NCBI GenBank assembly: GCA_000002435.2
Contig: CM018793.1
Reading direction: 5' to 3' (one strand)
DNA length: 64,000 nt
From: Giardia intestinalis
Lineage: Eukaryota
Part shown: in pieces, positions 15,001 through 20,697 of the stretch
How the letters are laid out: each line of letters begins with the position of its first letter
Numbering within the stretch: the stretch's first letter is position 1
The notes under the pieces: generated by a model
The model's input: only the letters and a program-made list of their open reading frames with translations
Databases searched by the model: none
Told to the model about the DNA's origin: nothing
Made by a program: the position numbers and the translations under genes

Positions 15001-16339
15001 AATCAATGATTCTAAATATCTTATTCTGAAGCGCAATTAATAAAGGATCAAACTTAGAGCAAGAAAGAAGGCGGTCATGAGCATCCTGAAAGTGTGGCAC
15101 AGAGCAAGGAGGTAGACAGAAAAGCTCAACCCCATAAAGGGTTTTATGGGAAGGATCTACAAATAAGCGTGCGCCCTCTGCATGCTTTAGAGACAGTCTA
15201 GAATAGAAGCGCAAATGATCAAACCTATGGCGTGTATCAAGTCTGTTTGTTTCTAGAGCGTTCTCAACGATGCTTTTAGCAATAACGAACTTATACAATG
15301 AAGAAAGACCATGCAACTCGGCATCTTCTAGATCGTATTTCACTACCATTTCAGAATTTTCCTCGGACGTCTCAGAGGGCGCAAAAGTGAGTAAGCTTTT
15401 TGATATATAAACGCTTGGAACCATTATGTCCAATAGGTAACTGTTAGTGAGCGAGAACTGATCCTCCTGAAGATGTGCTAGTCCTGTTATTGAAGACTTT
15501 AATTCGTCAATGAATAGATGCTCGACACTATCAAGATCTAGCCCCTGGACAAACCCCTTACGCGATGAATACATTACTGTAAACCTTTCCCATTCCCTTT
15601 TAACTAGTACCTTAATCAAAGTAATAAGATGCTCATTTGGGCATACTCCATGCTTTAATACGGGATTCTGCTTAAAGAGGTGGTCGTTAGAGGTTGCAGG
15701 AAGGAGGTATCTGTTACGCCATGGAGTCGTAACTAACTTGTTAGAAGAGTCTGTGTCAAGACTGGAAGCATAAATATCGAGCTCAGGACTAGCCATAACT
15801 GCTTTAATCTCCTTATAGAATATGTTTCCAAGGATACTATTCAGGCTAGCATAACTATTCACGCGAACTAGGGCGAGTGGGGCAACCACTACTTCTCTCT
15901 TCATAAGCAGAACAGCTCGTCTGTATAGAAAATCAACATGGTATATCTGACACCACCTGTAATAGCCAGGCCGCACTAGTATATACCCAGGGCACCCTAA
16001 CTGCATTGGCACACAGTGAAACTGCAAACCATTAAAATTAATCCCTGTGGATATTTTGCTGCAGAAATCTTTTGCACATTGTGTGGTTAGGACTTCTATC
16101 AAATGGACTATTTCATTATGGCAAGAAGAAATTGGAAGTATTGTTGTTACTGCTTTAACTCGGTCTCCATTCTTGGCCTGAATTATGCTGCCTCCCATTG
16201 CTGTGTCGCGCTCGGTCTTCTGCAGCGAGCCTCCAAGAATCTGGGGAACCCGTAATGGTGTAGTGGATCTCTTCAACGACATTCCTTCGTGAAGACAATA
16301 AATATTTATCCTGTTTCTGGTTATCAAAGATAATTTCAT
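1..16339 (-). CDS. Giant hypothetical protein, 5' portion only. At least 5,400 codons lie in the window and the C-terminus is beyond position 1. Candidate start ATGs are at 16339, 16282 and 16198, all in the same frame. A Walker-A-like motif LIGEAFSGKST is encoded near 5650-5690.
   Basis: Hand translation shows the minus-strand frame with codon first bases at p mod 3 = 1 open in every segment I checked: 16339 down to about 16100, 10141-10022, 5737-5640 (MAKLSVCLIGEAFSGKSTYIRAAEIFLGK) and 240-1. An in-frame TGA at 16357-16355 closes the frame upstream. All eight minus-strand ORF-track entries in 1-16400 are in the other two frames, and no ORF of 120 aa or more is listed on either strand across 16 kb. 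That fits one huge ORF that is missing from the track because it has no in-window stop. Protein identity was not determined. Confidence 0.72.
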   Translation of the reverse strand, partial: MKLSLITRNRINIYCLHEGMSLKRSTTPLRVPQILGGSLQKTERDTAMGGSIIQAKNGDRVKAVTTILPISSCHNEIVHLIEVLTTQCAKDFCSKISTGINFNGLQFHCVPMQLGCPGYILVRPGYYRWCQIYHVDFLYRRAVLLMKREVVVAPLALVRVNSYASLNSILGNIFYKEIKAVMASPELDIYASSLDTDSSNKLVTTPWRNRYLLPATSNDHLFKQNPVLKHGVCPNEHLITLIKVLVKREWERFTVMYSSRKGFVQGLDLDSVEHLFIDELKSSITGLAHLQEDQFSLTNSYLLDIMVPSVYISKSLLTFAPSETSEENSEMVVKYDLEDAELHGLSSLYKFVIAKSIVENALETNRLDTRHRFDHLRFYSRLSLKHAEGARLFVDPSHKTLYGVELFCLPPCSVPHFQDAHDRLLSCSKFDPLLIALQNKIFRIIDYVLRLLTPLPDGTHEVEEDALVEIPHFIVSSLATEFFIDEELCTAIKTDLQILLDKRVTTILHNTSALSSQTKDTDSLTSNLRTANQKPALDVSESLELFLRRHLSILYETEATPEERGSLLMEPFSSFLPISNMAERYYLVRLYFVEKIIPLILSSTIVALLQSSLLNYVVDSIVPTCVSDSTFSIDFSTKIKQLRVKSLKEASETKSDRRDRLLASGLPLSVIHTALSILADGNQDLSSDAILMRAFDRIWPRFLRTLVEQIKTHIGNIFLQMHEMWSRNLLDSLLSVTGFPRLQFRTDSSMYAPFISSTLTIKNSSIGFTHQSTSVTGFAWLQQSLRELSFCLYTTESSISSINSLVLAPQLSFDPTSTEKTAIVYSRPLGNLLDRRTRSLLFLDKYSFEVPTARYICKALLSNVKQLAQTDSDDFAFTLTQDLLLSNPDQEVDQFFSSWLGLKQRQSNILIPLEPIVRPRMHLQLPPLCPSSRTEKPPQSSSTTAMHFSDVDNDPIYAKDTMDSPLVLTAFIAPSDTDVVVKKQIDTLFEALSIKLVELLSTCNNISSFYRAFELVVDSGLPNVSLDADDVKSVYSAPPEHLLKTQMPSETPDDETQSFDTSQVPNPYTSMGEDSMKVSPGFVRSLSAIETIARDYVSVILKGESPNENIVTLANSSGVDYLVLMVHISAELVRSIDQEILDAYAISSYVSTGSITVSLIDFKLSLISAFITVRQNITESISKIITQASSYMLRVLQLTESVLNITTLNLDKLSKILVVMEDHGLFVKQWTPVACYLCDFLGPISKLSNSYCLSTLYDIRNSITHTIPTVFGLSGSFDQNETTPRPHLALSQAQAPRPTEPSILSSNELHVALQAAAKLGWVNHAYKNARFNYKRHIRVFSRVLLVFSDWLSKVTGALYAISSEVLKMQLSDFQLAVTNPLQFRKMFPIFSKNIEIPYLETMYSNFEGNDLLLVTEVIKTLQAYTCIHISINSEVVNGFPILNTQLASQEDQPVTADKHTEHPSSLEPEHGALEFPCQFTEYHVGWQLPYQGYRWPYLYSRPCPDSVSEQSTRESAIQAPTSPLDYLLVTDCNFEFSERSDLFASRNSQGLIVASTYMHGHLCDNKESDIPVDHPSLAHYDVFRMFMELYILIEEIKNVYLRVSSWSRALNIDMHLVDSPAELEAVLLPLCLLVTSFVKLNQLYKAAPSKALIDLDAGALVTLLEICATSISTIRSSFVYSNWTSTADQVDCYLRAITPRLFLLCFLTSPDAIEEDLAGFGEVTGLNAFLRSAPTIHAAPIDTYFEPDRTILVEHLFLYDNTDAMFEAAAAIYARGLVNRQAMVTLNKIDDWINGLNFQPITLTASHRSGHLLSVLYAFWGITGKGEFSDHTIASKLGPVMGGKASSLTSLLQKVRTLILAKEKVLEAYSSRLGILADAADDSSLAQLSSFECISDDISVDEEAGRDDSLFAMQSLDRNKDLFAGSIVLASDVRTRSRAQSITGSLDLTTKQPNQHDHLTSKESLLGVPTLVCCKRHVEYIREAMFAVAYILFNDYSPSTQTVARRLEAELILLHTLAICVQRAMTILPELLLLLPDLCSISLGSAHPRLRKAFLSSQDPLLEVVSLLNIMRQLHSLCKESSEENACCLSGEITSLRGSPVQPSLLPTVGSFGLLRGIVRRCPYIIRSLSLHIARADSILGVFSDTILRFPLVSSFTSNLSLEYACIPCIPATYHAQGQHHVSDLIRRCPLIRSAVLYNNIYTSTSALVPSGKLRPIVFHTSSSAFSNSIYDIMTLRTGTGSSTRLQITGLCAGYEQLRFLKPIDMPDTLPAFGASVFAPSVHRAALIKEYLKGLRLLMEERYEELVGSCLYQCVHYALSTLVFMHLDGSPVNFLQLYYKCMPEFKRAVATVAIGTATVLTDKSLTSCYSLRNYKHDRRMYIQALLARIAEHERTLQTIMEDSLTLYIMRAIPNLSRAATAEKVASFISDEGQVRAAFTELYADAKSQACITAMSCGVHPNVHMHHIISTLPYGLPTESALTEASSSASCGELTDWRKDRVYTTHNQNFLSQKNDETLLVTCANVAIPIIAQYTGKASLLDCIPLNYRQLQAVSQLGISMQSRIPAFLVGDTMRSYNNIDYLIIVHTLCRYFGMRYEFVFCSPATDPDALLHRLCTRILGGRYVVLCGVEFLEESQLNGLINVLSSYNLAKGAVPTVEQADTGPLDFSILHSTGKDAIFPGGYAICLPEAVYEGSKLSLTIRGERLRKLFPMHSLIEIKDYGTLVPVSLLQQTNALLYDLCLEARASTNNVDLHSHKSKATEEQITNFFAEKNLSTEYRLSVSDDIPITALNFDALYPHCNCKHQTEANQLGHLFLQRSSQYGPKLYEISLFLNTAGLSTPQLRPEDVDLVLKRCKDMSNPISVATSLSAFLLSQTTLRPARDIVSRVIEGAFVLQPQHKAVLNSVVSLLNVLHGVQEPNDIDIGMLISRKTHHGTDSNFTANNIAKVWKTLKQMYTPTYAEFCETLSQEFALLEPVGIDALALCLDMLSLGPVVLLPPSTSVLQGTKGTGLTIPQLSNKSVTAQLVKSRALSSITLRQSHFQLLVVFSQLVAKVGKLRPFFIHSLADLHENIRTIMYLGSQALLIFIFNPPSGTLARSMLSSITALQSYYPELELYYNIRAKFDFFNKPRCLLLVTAYETASIIGSNVGSVQRRLIVVPEYLKFSTMLNNYVGRHLHLAEDEQLTEKSRKLFTVTSLIDMKTSALSIQYLQSLCSRRTTAELKGECLAEKRLRLGSKLFGAFITCLTDNLMRREFSIVPSHIVWTLYRQLLVLFLTSFRVLVLSPCHPEAYATFEPIPEVMNTQLYQLDSYLSLHTITSSTPLAKYDSYMQLQSAPRTAFFSVSFSVTYLQNFIYEALDNLSVIINLFLPIYAAVFNALHVLHVMYFKRPLNKLSKIYKKGLVECVYRPEKFVAHVMSMFADSAQLLNKSDLDDAMALLPDLFPEHYADEDDDLSAYSYLGVSDSDGSFLYFVASDKGRRLCVQHFPYMCSSGIFADASFERLFDQSTTPKHELTLTFDCERILFIVYLSSFIMAKLSVCLIGEAFSGKSTYIRAAEIFLGKYVWRECVALFDIDSFDEVLQKLISTCYLHNIQTARTQKTAIEANASHQDGSEAAHYSSSSKAKRARASSVIGCPLSILDVTEDNTLLDETKDINQSIILDVPSGKLPLYHLTVTNLLTSTIAHRVSDDALVARGAADEQRLSMLESLVASASEPQVAVQNDRLSMLLGEKYIIMENSERSPVCGLTGVTGARFSSGIFVPNISIVVESSYLYDFFLASELTFVLPPMNNTKEFLLLLLKRNFQHPSLSNLDSFAPKIAQAHVASAPQPRVSSVHTKNKYDCNLYVGVTEPEQEFLYEYSDSYLLQFIEGLLLVEYHLPVSILRVISEMKRLQKYIDSVDLDNIQLSAVTLGSLMGALRNIPAVKHSHVSCILDELASAVAIGRLAPHGPYGPLNPENMSKYLRTNTLISMSSHTGVQALPNWELRVLKAVFKRSFCNTGTSSSNISKAPGDIDGTLIDSQKFKSGSSIKRFHYSGDIELLNDGGKYKHFVDACARARQHYAKLLFYNPHNNSINRQVFEVHSSVVHECLLDAMDPTVCNRVFTLTIDISMLMEQNSLKVFYYIKYLRNPGLFSKLHSPADAKSMQALALRVPVFLMSQLEMSGTLYSSFLHALQTMGNYRISNRKTFLKVAQQTFSSDMEGFGIDADSQANSFSCSRSVTSLHQTISGRSLSECDGPLLAHAAKNFDLRAFLSITEEPTEIAIKRRQRILIDTQTMIQSLMHQTVGGSESDSEPEPNNITTSSLQSRPVTTTVASENLMIELTDALVSTLTAKSEAAASHYIIRAAVLIALGINPLIAFQDFTPTSSTYLCDRCSSTIPDYLLHYINRGSLEINAEEYTDLFLSTPTDIMVTIPMSLFNALLNKSPAIGILSIVESGSSLLSLFTNGEVRVLGALLAKYFCLTTMLSGKEIINILSRSFSLVVFADTSVDHPLPLQELPVIRHTIDENDRIHSLQVGTAENILQGSYKASETATPSLQLVRAIPYFILSNIPYNLDPKPFITQHEHSETPLHDAYSSMYCEIFCQTTLCIYKCCMQNVSHSIPYSLARFSEVASYYTNELIAKHLKTITFIQKILSSITLFDNGIRNGLFSPSIRNDIIYLRDQLVSIKLKVKLDFIRAVIMLQNACCDGPLIAARLLFYPFITSIWGNCVQFELGLFECLKNRKIMNNSLNTSYSDNSTVMLQSLFNLSTSDELIQRSDMLSNYGLPSRLLMLCEDLMWPRWRTQLTCSLCNPDPKLIQEIIILLQYIKFGFKFLFVTSDLARIIIPACEVYLLEARLEDCKQRLSAMGVNVEQALEKYNATGAINATIEDLVLGTQGSHGDTGKRPEKGVAQYNEMHYLIAELEDLLKQIASLKYSAVSYKRLPSNVRFGAPSTCYNYHEVRRKLLIYLDCHLPPPIFEALLKHALLQDKPIVFLNFGSAAMPMLNMMILTKLALLIESRLTKRNARVSVTTTYSVDIVRPLHDYRIYYVLTTGASLKFLLETGFINLRNCDMSTLNAPKFQFKSNSLNLLRMQNPSVTEHELQYKLREISEKFSSVYSLYVNGFDGLEIVRRESCLECSDRLHRNIENIANNLEKYILSKKEIMSRLVKREESNAVFVHLQHASKDSEGFDFAEMNLYCIGVERCIEHREELAKKIAESSTISEYAKYFGTAITSILLLLRQMSLIHPSIATVFTDHFFECHLSYLDDHVGSNPSRAFTAIVNTAHYILENTVLLLPERERGLYINLFISIYNLCFKLGHPDDLTQLKMILVNDIRFLVSHFSDKFNSHLPLYNYARQIAASCPTSFRCSPTVVYSWKLFSLLSIYNPRRFSDWYEYFTHNKAVFTLLNFAGDAYKMIVGTYLYKERTAQSSDKVKQAELGIAETSKSAIADAIDRTAGD

Positions 16340-16349
16340 CAGTTGTACG

Positions 16350-16900
16350 GTGATTCACTCCACCCACCGGTTGCTTCCAGCGCTGTGCTGCCGGGCCGCC
16401 TGCAGGCACGATTCAAAAATCTCACGAGTAAATTCTCGTTCAAGCTCTGGCCAGTTCAGAGACGACTGTTGGTCATTGATAACATAATGAGAGAGTCCTC
16501 TCTAGTGATATATCCAGAGCCTGGCACATTCCTCTGCCATTTCATGAGCGTGTGCTCAATCCGGGTGTGCGCGTCGGTCTGCCCAGGATTCAGGCCTTCT
16601 CGCAGACCCTCTGCTCTACCGGTGGTGCCTCTCCTTGGCCTGCCGTCTGGTGGGTGAAGCTCGGGTTGCTGTCTTTTTTAGATGCTCCCATCTGTCAAGG
16701 GCTGCCACCGGGCTCTCCGCTGGCTGGGCCCTCGGTGCCCGTCCGGCTGTGGCTCGAGTCAGGGCTCCCACAGTCGCGGTCACCTGGGTCTCAGTGGGCC
16801 GGCTGGTGGGACCGGGTGGGGGGTGTTGTATGTGCCCTTGGTGTCAGTGGGTCAGTGGGGTGGTGGGTGATCTCCGCTCTGTTTGCCAAGGTGGTTGTGT
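16350..16900 (+). repeat. Left arm (A) of a ~550-bp inverted repeat. It starts at the sharply defined motif 'gtgattcactccaccc', which sits 11 bp from the giant gene's first ATG.
   Basis: Direct comparison: 16350-16810 matches the reverse complement of 18481-18890 at roughly 90-95% identity, for example 'atctcacgagtaaattctcgttcaag...ggattcaggccttctcgcagaccctctgctctaccggtgg'. Identity decays with indels between 16810 and 16900. The translated ORFs on the two arms (16552..17115 + and 18463..18819 -; 16635..16904 + and 18332..18733 -) are near-identical. Confidence 0.8.
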
Positions 16901-18340
16901 CTGATCCCCAGCCTTCGTTGCACTCCAAGACACAGGCACCGACGATCGTGTCGTGTCCCCTGACTGAGCGCCTCCCTTGGCCCCTTGTCTCAGGCAGTAC
17001 TGCCTCTCTGACTGGCTGGTGCGTGAGTGTCGAGGCAGGCCATCGCAGCCCCTCCTGTTGCTCTGTGCGGGTCTGCTGGGCCCCTGGCATGCCCTGTCCA
17101 GTGCCTCGACGGTAGTTCACCTCGGCCAGCAGGGGTGTGGATGGCCTGTGGATGGGATGGGTTCTCTCGTGCCTCTAGTGTGATGGCCCAGAAGACTGGC
17201 ACAGTGGGGCACTGGTGACTGCACTGTCCCTGTGGTCAGCTGTGCTGCTCCTGGTGGGTCCTCGTTGTGGAGCGCTGTGTGTCGTCCGTAGGCAGAGGTG
17301 AGCCTCCTTGGTCTCAGGATGCTCTACCATGCAGAGAGGAGCACGCTGATGGTTACCCATACCTCACCTGCTGTGCCCGTTCGGGAGTTCCCGATGTGGT
17401 CTACTAGGATCTTGACCCCTCCTCGTGGCTCTGATGACCCCTCGGGGAGAGCCGGGGCATCCTATGCCGAGGGGCGTGCACCCTCCTGCATGAGCTGGGA
17501 CCCACTGCACTGCCTCCAAGGAGGTCTGCTATGAGAGGCAGTGAATGATTGACAGCCCCAGAGTGCGGTGGAGGGTGATCGTGGTCATCTCTGTGACCGG
17601 GCATCACTCTGATGGTCGGCTCTGTGCCTGTGTGGTGCTCATGGGCCACCTGTCTGCCTCATCGCCTGCTGGACAGCCGGCCTCTTGTGGCGTCCGAAGG
17701 CCTCCTCGCTCCTCTGGCTGCTGCCCCCTCAGGTCATCGTGAATGCAGTCGAGGCCAGCGAGTCTGGTGCCTGCCTGGGTGTCATGGGGGGCTGGCAGCT
17801 GTCAGGGCTCTGCCACTGCTCACCTGCCTGGAGTGTGCCTCCCTTGGGTCTGCTGTGCTGCGTGAGTCCTCTGGCTTCCTACCAGGCCCTGACTGTGAGG
17901 GTGACTCCACCTGGCCCTCTGATGCCCCTGTGGATGAGCATAGCAATGTGTCTGGCTAGGGATCTCTGGTGCCCGTGTCTGTCACTGCCTCTCGGGTGGC
18001 TGTCTGGGGCTCTCGCATGAGGTCTACAGTCAGCGTGTCCCGAGCAGACTCCAGTCCTCTCTGGGTCCACACAGTCTGTCCGTGTGTGGACGGTCCTCCT
18101 GCACTCATGTCCATCTGTGCACACTGTCACTCAGTCTCGAGAGCAGACCAGTGCAGTCGCCAGGGCTGCTGTCAGAGGGAGTCGTCTGTCACTACATCGC
18201 TCGAGCAGCCCATGCAGATCAGGCTGGTTGCTGTGCACCCTCATGGCAGGGCTGTTTGACTTCCCTTGGCTATCCTCTCTGTCCCGGTGTGCACGGCTCC
18301 TGAGGGTTGTCTGGGTGGAGGCACTCACAGATCACGAGCA
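16900..18340. other. GC-rich, A-depleted (plus strand) non-coding core lying between the inverted-repeat arms. It contains degenerate internal tandem motifs.
   Basis: The plus strand is roughly 10% A and is dominated by ctg/tgg/gtc/tgc. Stop codons are rare on both strands, which explains the pile of mutually overlapping 60-190-aa ORFs here; none has protein-like complexity. Similar tandem ~60-bp units appear at about 18090-18250 ('tgtcactcagtctcgagagcagacc...' and 'tgtcactacatcgctcgagcagccc...'). Confidence 0.6.
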
Positions 18341-18890
18341 CACAGAGGGATGAGTCACAGATGGGCAGCCCCCAGTCACCACAGCTACGATCACCTCACT
18401 CACCAAGAGGTCAGGGGCATATACAAGTACCCCCACCTCAGCCCCCACCAGCCCCACCAGCCTCACCGCCCCACCCACCAGCCGGCCCACTGAGACCCAG
18501 GTGACCGCGACTGTGGGAGCCCTGACTCGAGCCACAGCTGCCCGGACACCGAGGGCCCAGCCAGCGGAGAGCCCGGTGGCAGCCCCTGACAGACGGAGGC
18601 ATCTAAAAAAGACAGCGACCCGGGCCTCACCCACCACGAAGGAAGACCAAGGAGAGGCGCCACCGGTAGAGCAGAGGGTCTGCGAGAAGGCCTGAATCCT
18701 GGGCAGGCAGACGTGCACACACAGACTGAGCACACTTCCACAGAGCGACCGGGGAAGGTGCCAGGTTTTAGATATACTAATAAAGAGGACTCCCTAGTAT
18801 GTCGTCTACAACCAGCCATCGTCCTTGGACTGACCAGAACTTGAACGAGAATTTACTCGTGAGATCCTTGAATGCACCGCAGGCGGACCT
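18340..18890 (-). repeat. Right arm (B) of the inverted repeat. Its proximal end merges into the 3' flank of the truncated VSP at 18941.
   Basis: It is the reverse complement of arm A. It contains expansions of 'ctggtgggg'-type units at about 18405-18470 relative to arm A. The homology continues, more diverged, into the VSP 3'UTR ('ccgcctgcggtgcattcaaggatctcacgag' versus 'ccgcctgcaggcacgattcaaaaatctcacgag'). Confidence 0.8.
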
Positions 18891-18925
18891 ATCAGCACAT
18901 CTACACAAGCTACGCACAGTAACGC

Positions 18926-18932
18926 GTTTACT
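18926..18932 (-). terminator. Giardia-type polyadenylation signal AGTAAAC, 9 nt after the stop codon of the VSP at 18941.
   Basis: Minus-strand sequence TAG-ACTTAGGT-AGTAAAC-GCG. The consensus AGTRAAY is established for Giardia mRNAs. Confidence 0.6.
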
Positions 18933-18940
18933 ACCTAAGT

Positions 18941-20659
18941 CTACGCCTTCCCTCTGCACACGAACCACCAGCAGAGGAACCCTATGAGGCCCCCCACGAC
19001 GACGACCACAGCGACGGAGATCCCCGCGATGGCCCCCGTGGAGAGCCCGCTCCTGTTGGCGCCAGAGGACACACACTTGCCATTGTCTAGACTGTATCCA
19101 TCAACACACTCCCCACATATATTGTCCATCACACAGCTCTTGCAGTCACTCACAGAGCACAGCACACACCCACTACCATCCTTGTTGGGCTTCTTACCAC
19201 TGTCACAGGAGGTGCACACAGCAGCAGCCATGCCAGCCCCAGTCAGAGCTGCTGGGGCTGTACACTGCGAACAGCCATCCACCCCCACATATGCCTTAGT
19301 ATCTACTAGTGTGCCTAGGGGGTTGCCACATGCCAATACAGACTGTTGAGCATTGGTTGCTTCTGGGACTACGAAGTACTTATTATTCTCACTAACAGCT
19401 GTACAGACCCCGTTGTTAGCTGTCTTGCACATATGACTACCGGGGGCCTTCGACACATCATAGCACCCTCCCATATAGAGGAAGTAGTTAGCAGCAGTAC
19501 ATGATGTACAGACACCATTGGCACATCCATTATTATTAGCCTTGTCACTAGCACAGAGACCATCAATTGGTACCTTACCACTATCTCCACAATAAGAACA
19601 ATAATGCTTTGTGGTGCCCTTATCATCTATTACGATGGCATCGCAGGCTCCAGATGTCCCCCCGCAGGCAGTATCATCTTCACAAGTCTTGGTGCATGTG
19701 AGGTCGCCAGGTTCTCCGCTGGGCCTGTAGTTGGGCTTACATTCAGTGCACTTGAAAGTATTGCCATCATTCGAGCAGACACTGCATCCATCGATGCCAC
19801 CTTTGGTTGTATCACTACATAGGACACACTCCTTTGTTCCCTGGGCATCCTTAAGGAAGTACCCCGGCATGCATTCAGTGCAGTCCTGTATGTTTCCCGT
19901 TGAGCCACACTTTGCGCAGTTTCCTGCACAGGGCTTGCAAGTGCTACTCAAGTAGAATCCAGGGAAGCATGCTTTACACACCGGCTTCTGAGAGGCTTCC
20001 TTGCTACACGTCTCGCAGTCTGCTATGCCCTGGTCGTTGCCAGACCCACTGCTATCACCGCACAGTATACACTTGGTATCTCCGTCACTTCGAAAGTGCG
20101 TCCCGTCCTGTCCGACAGTTGCGCACCCAGCAGCATCAACGCACGTTGTCGTCCCGTCGGCAGCAGTTCTTATCAGCTTCCCGTTACAATTGGTGCACTG
20201 AGGCTTCCCCGTAGCATCACTATATTCACATGCAGTGCAATCAGTTATGTCGGGATCACATGCCTTACAAGTCCAGGTCTTCTTGTCTGCGTACTGGGTT
20301 GCCTCGCATTGACCAGCATCTACACATTGATTATTCTTCAGGTACTTCCCATCCTCACACGTTGTGCACTGGCCTGCACCGGTGCAGTCTATGCATCCAG
20401 TAACGCACTTCTTACATGCTCCGTTATCTTTATAGTACCCAGCCTTGCATGTATCACATGTGGCAGCCGTTGGGGTGTTTGGTGCCATACATGTAGCGCA
20501 GCCCTCGACTCCCTTTGTCGTGCCATCTCCCACCGTGTCCCAGCAGAGGATGCACTCGCTACCAGGTTTCTGAGGTGTAACTGGGTTCTTGAACAGGCCG
20601 TTATCTGCCTTACAAGCAGTGCATACTCCGTTACTGGCCTGTGTGCATATCTCACTCCA
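18941..20659 (-). pseudogene. 5'-truncated VSP (variant-specific surface protein) with no ATG start and no signal peptide. The C-terminal half, TM segment and CRGKA tail are intact.
   Basis: The track ORF 18941..20533 begins at a GTG (the + strand codon 20531-20533 is 'cac'). The same frame is open upstream to an in-frame TAG at 20662-20660 and encodes VSP-like CXXC repeats (WSEICTQASNGVCTACKADNGLFKNPVTPQKPGSECILCWDTVGDG...). The first ATG is codon 16 of the track ORF (CATCMAPNTP). There is no hydrophobic N-terminus. The frame opens only ~38 bp downstream of the upstream VSP's stop. The C-terminus reads ...GGLIGFLCWWFVCRGKA*. Confidence 0.55.
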
Positions 20660-20682
20660 CTATCACCCTATCACTGTACAGC

Positions 20683-20689
20683 ATTCACT
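20683..20689 (-). terminator. Polyadenylation signal AGTGAAT after the stop of the VSP at 20698.
   Basis: Minus-strand sequence GCG-TAG-ACTTAGGT-AGTGAAT-GCTG. This is the same 'TAGACTTAGGTAGTRAAY' arrangement as at the downstream VSP copy. Confidence 0.55.
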
Positions 20690-20697
20690 ACCTAAGT

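Noticed and set aside
182..16160. Short ORF-track entries on both strands within 1-16400 (for example 13323..13673 + of 116 aa and 16155..16409 - of 84 aa).
   Set aside because: All fall in frames other than the single minus-strand frame that stays open across the whole interval. They are off-frame noise inside the giant gene.
16800..18400. Possibility that the GC-rich block is ribosomal DNA. Giardia rRNA is very GC-rich and rDNA sits near telomeres and VSP clusters.
   Set aside because: The sequence shows none of the conserved SSU, 5.8S or LSU core motifs I can recall. Its composition is GC-rich but strongly A-depleted on one strand, not the balanced G+C richness of Giardia rRNA.
16343..18820. 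Many overlapping 60-190-aa ORFs on both strands in the repeat and core region.
   Set aside because: They are mutually overlapping and have low complexity (W/P/G/S/C-rich). They are duplicated as mirror images on the two inverted-repeat arms, so they reflect repeat sequence plus stop-codon depletion and not proteins.
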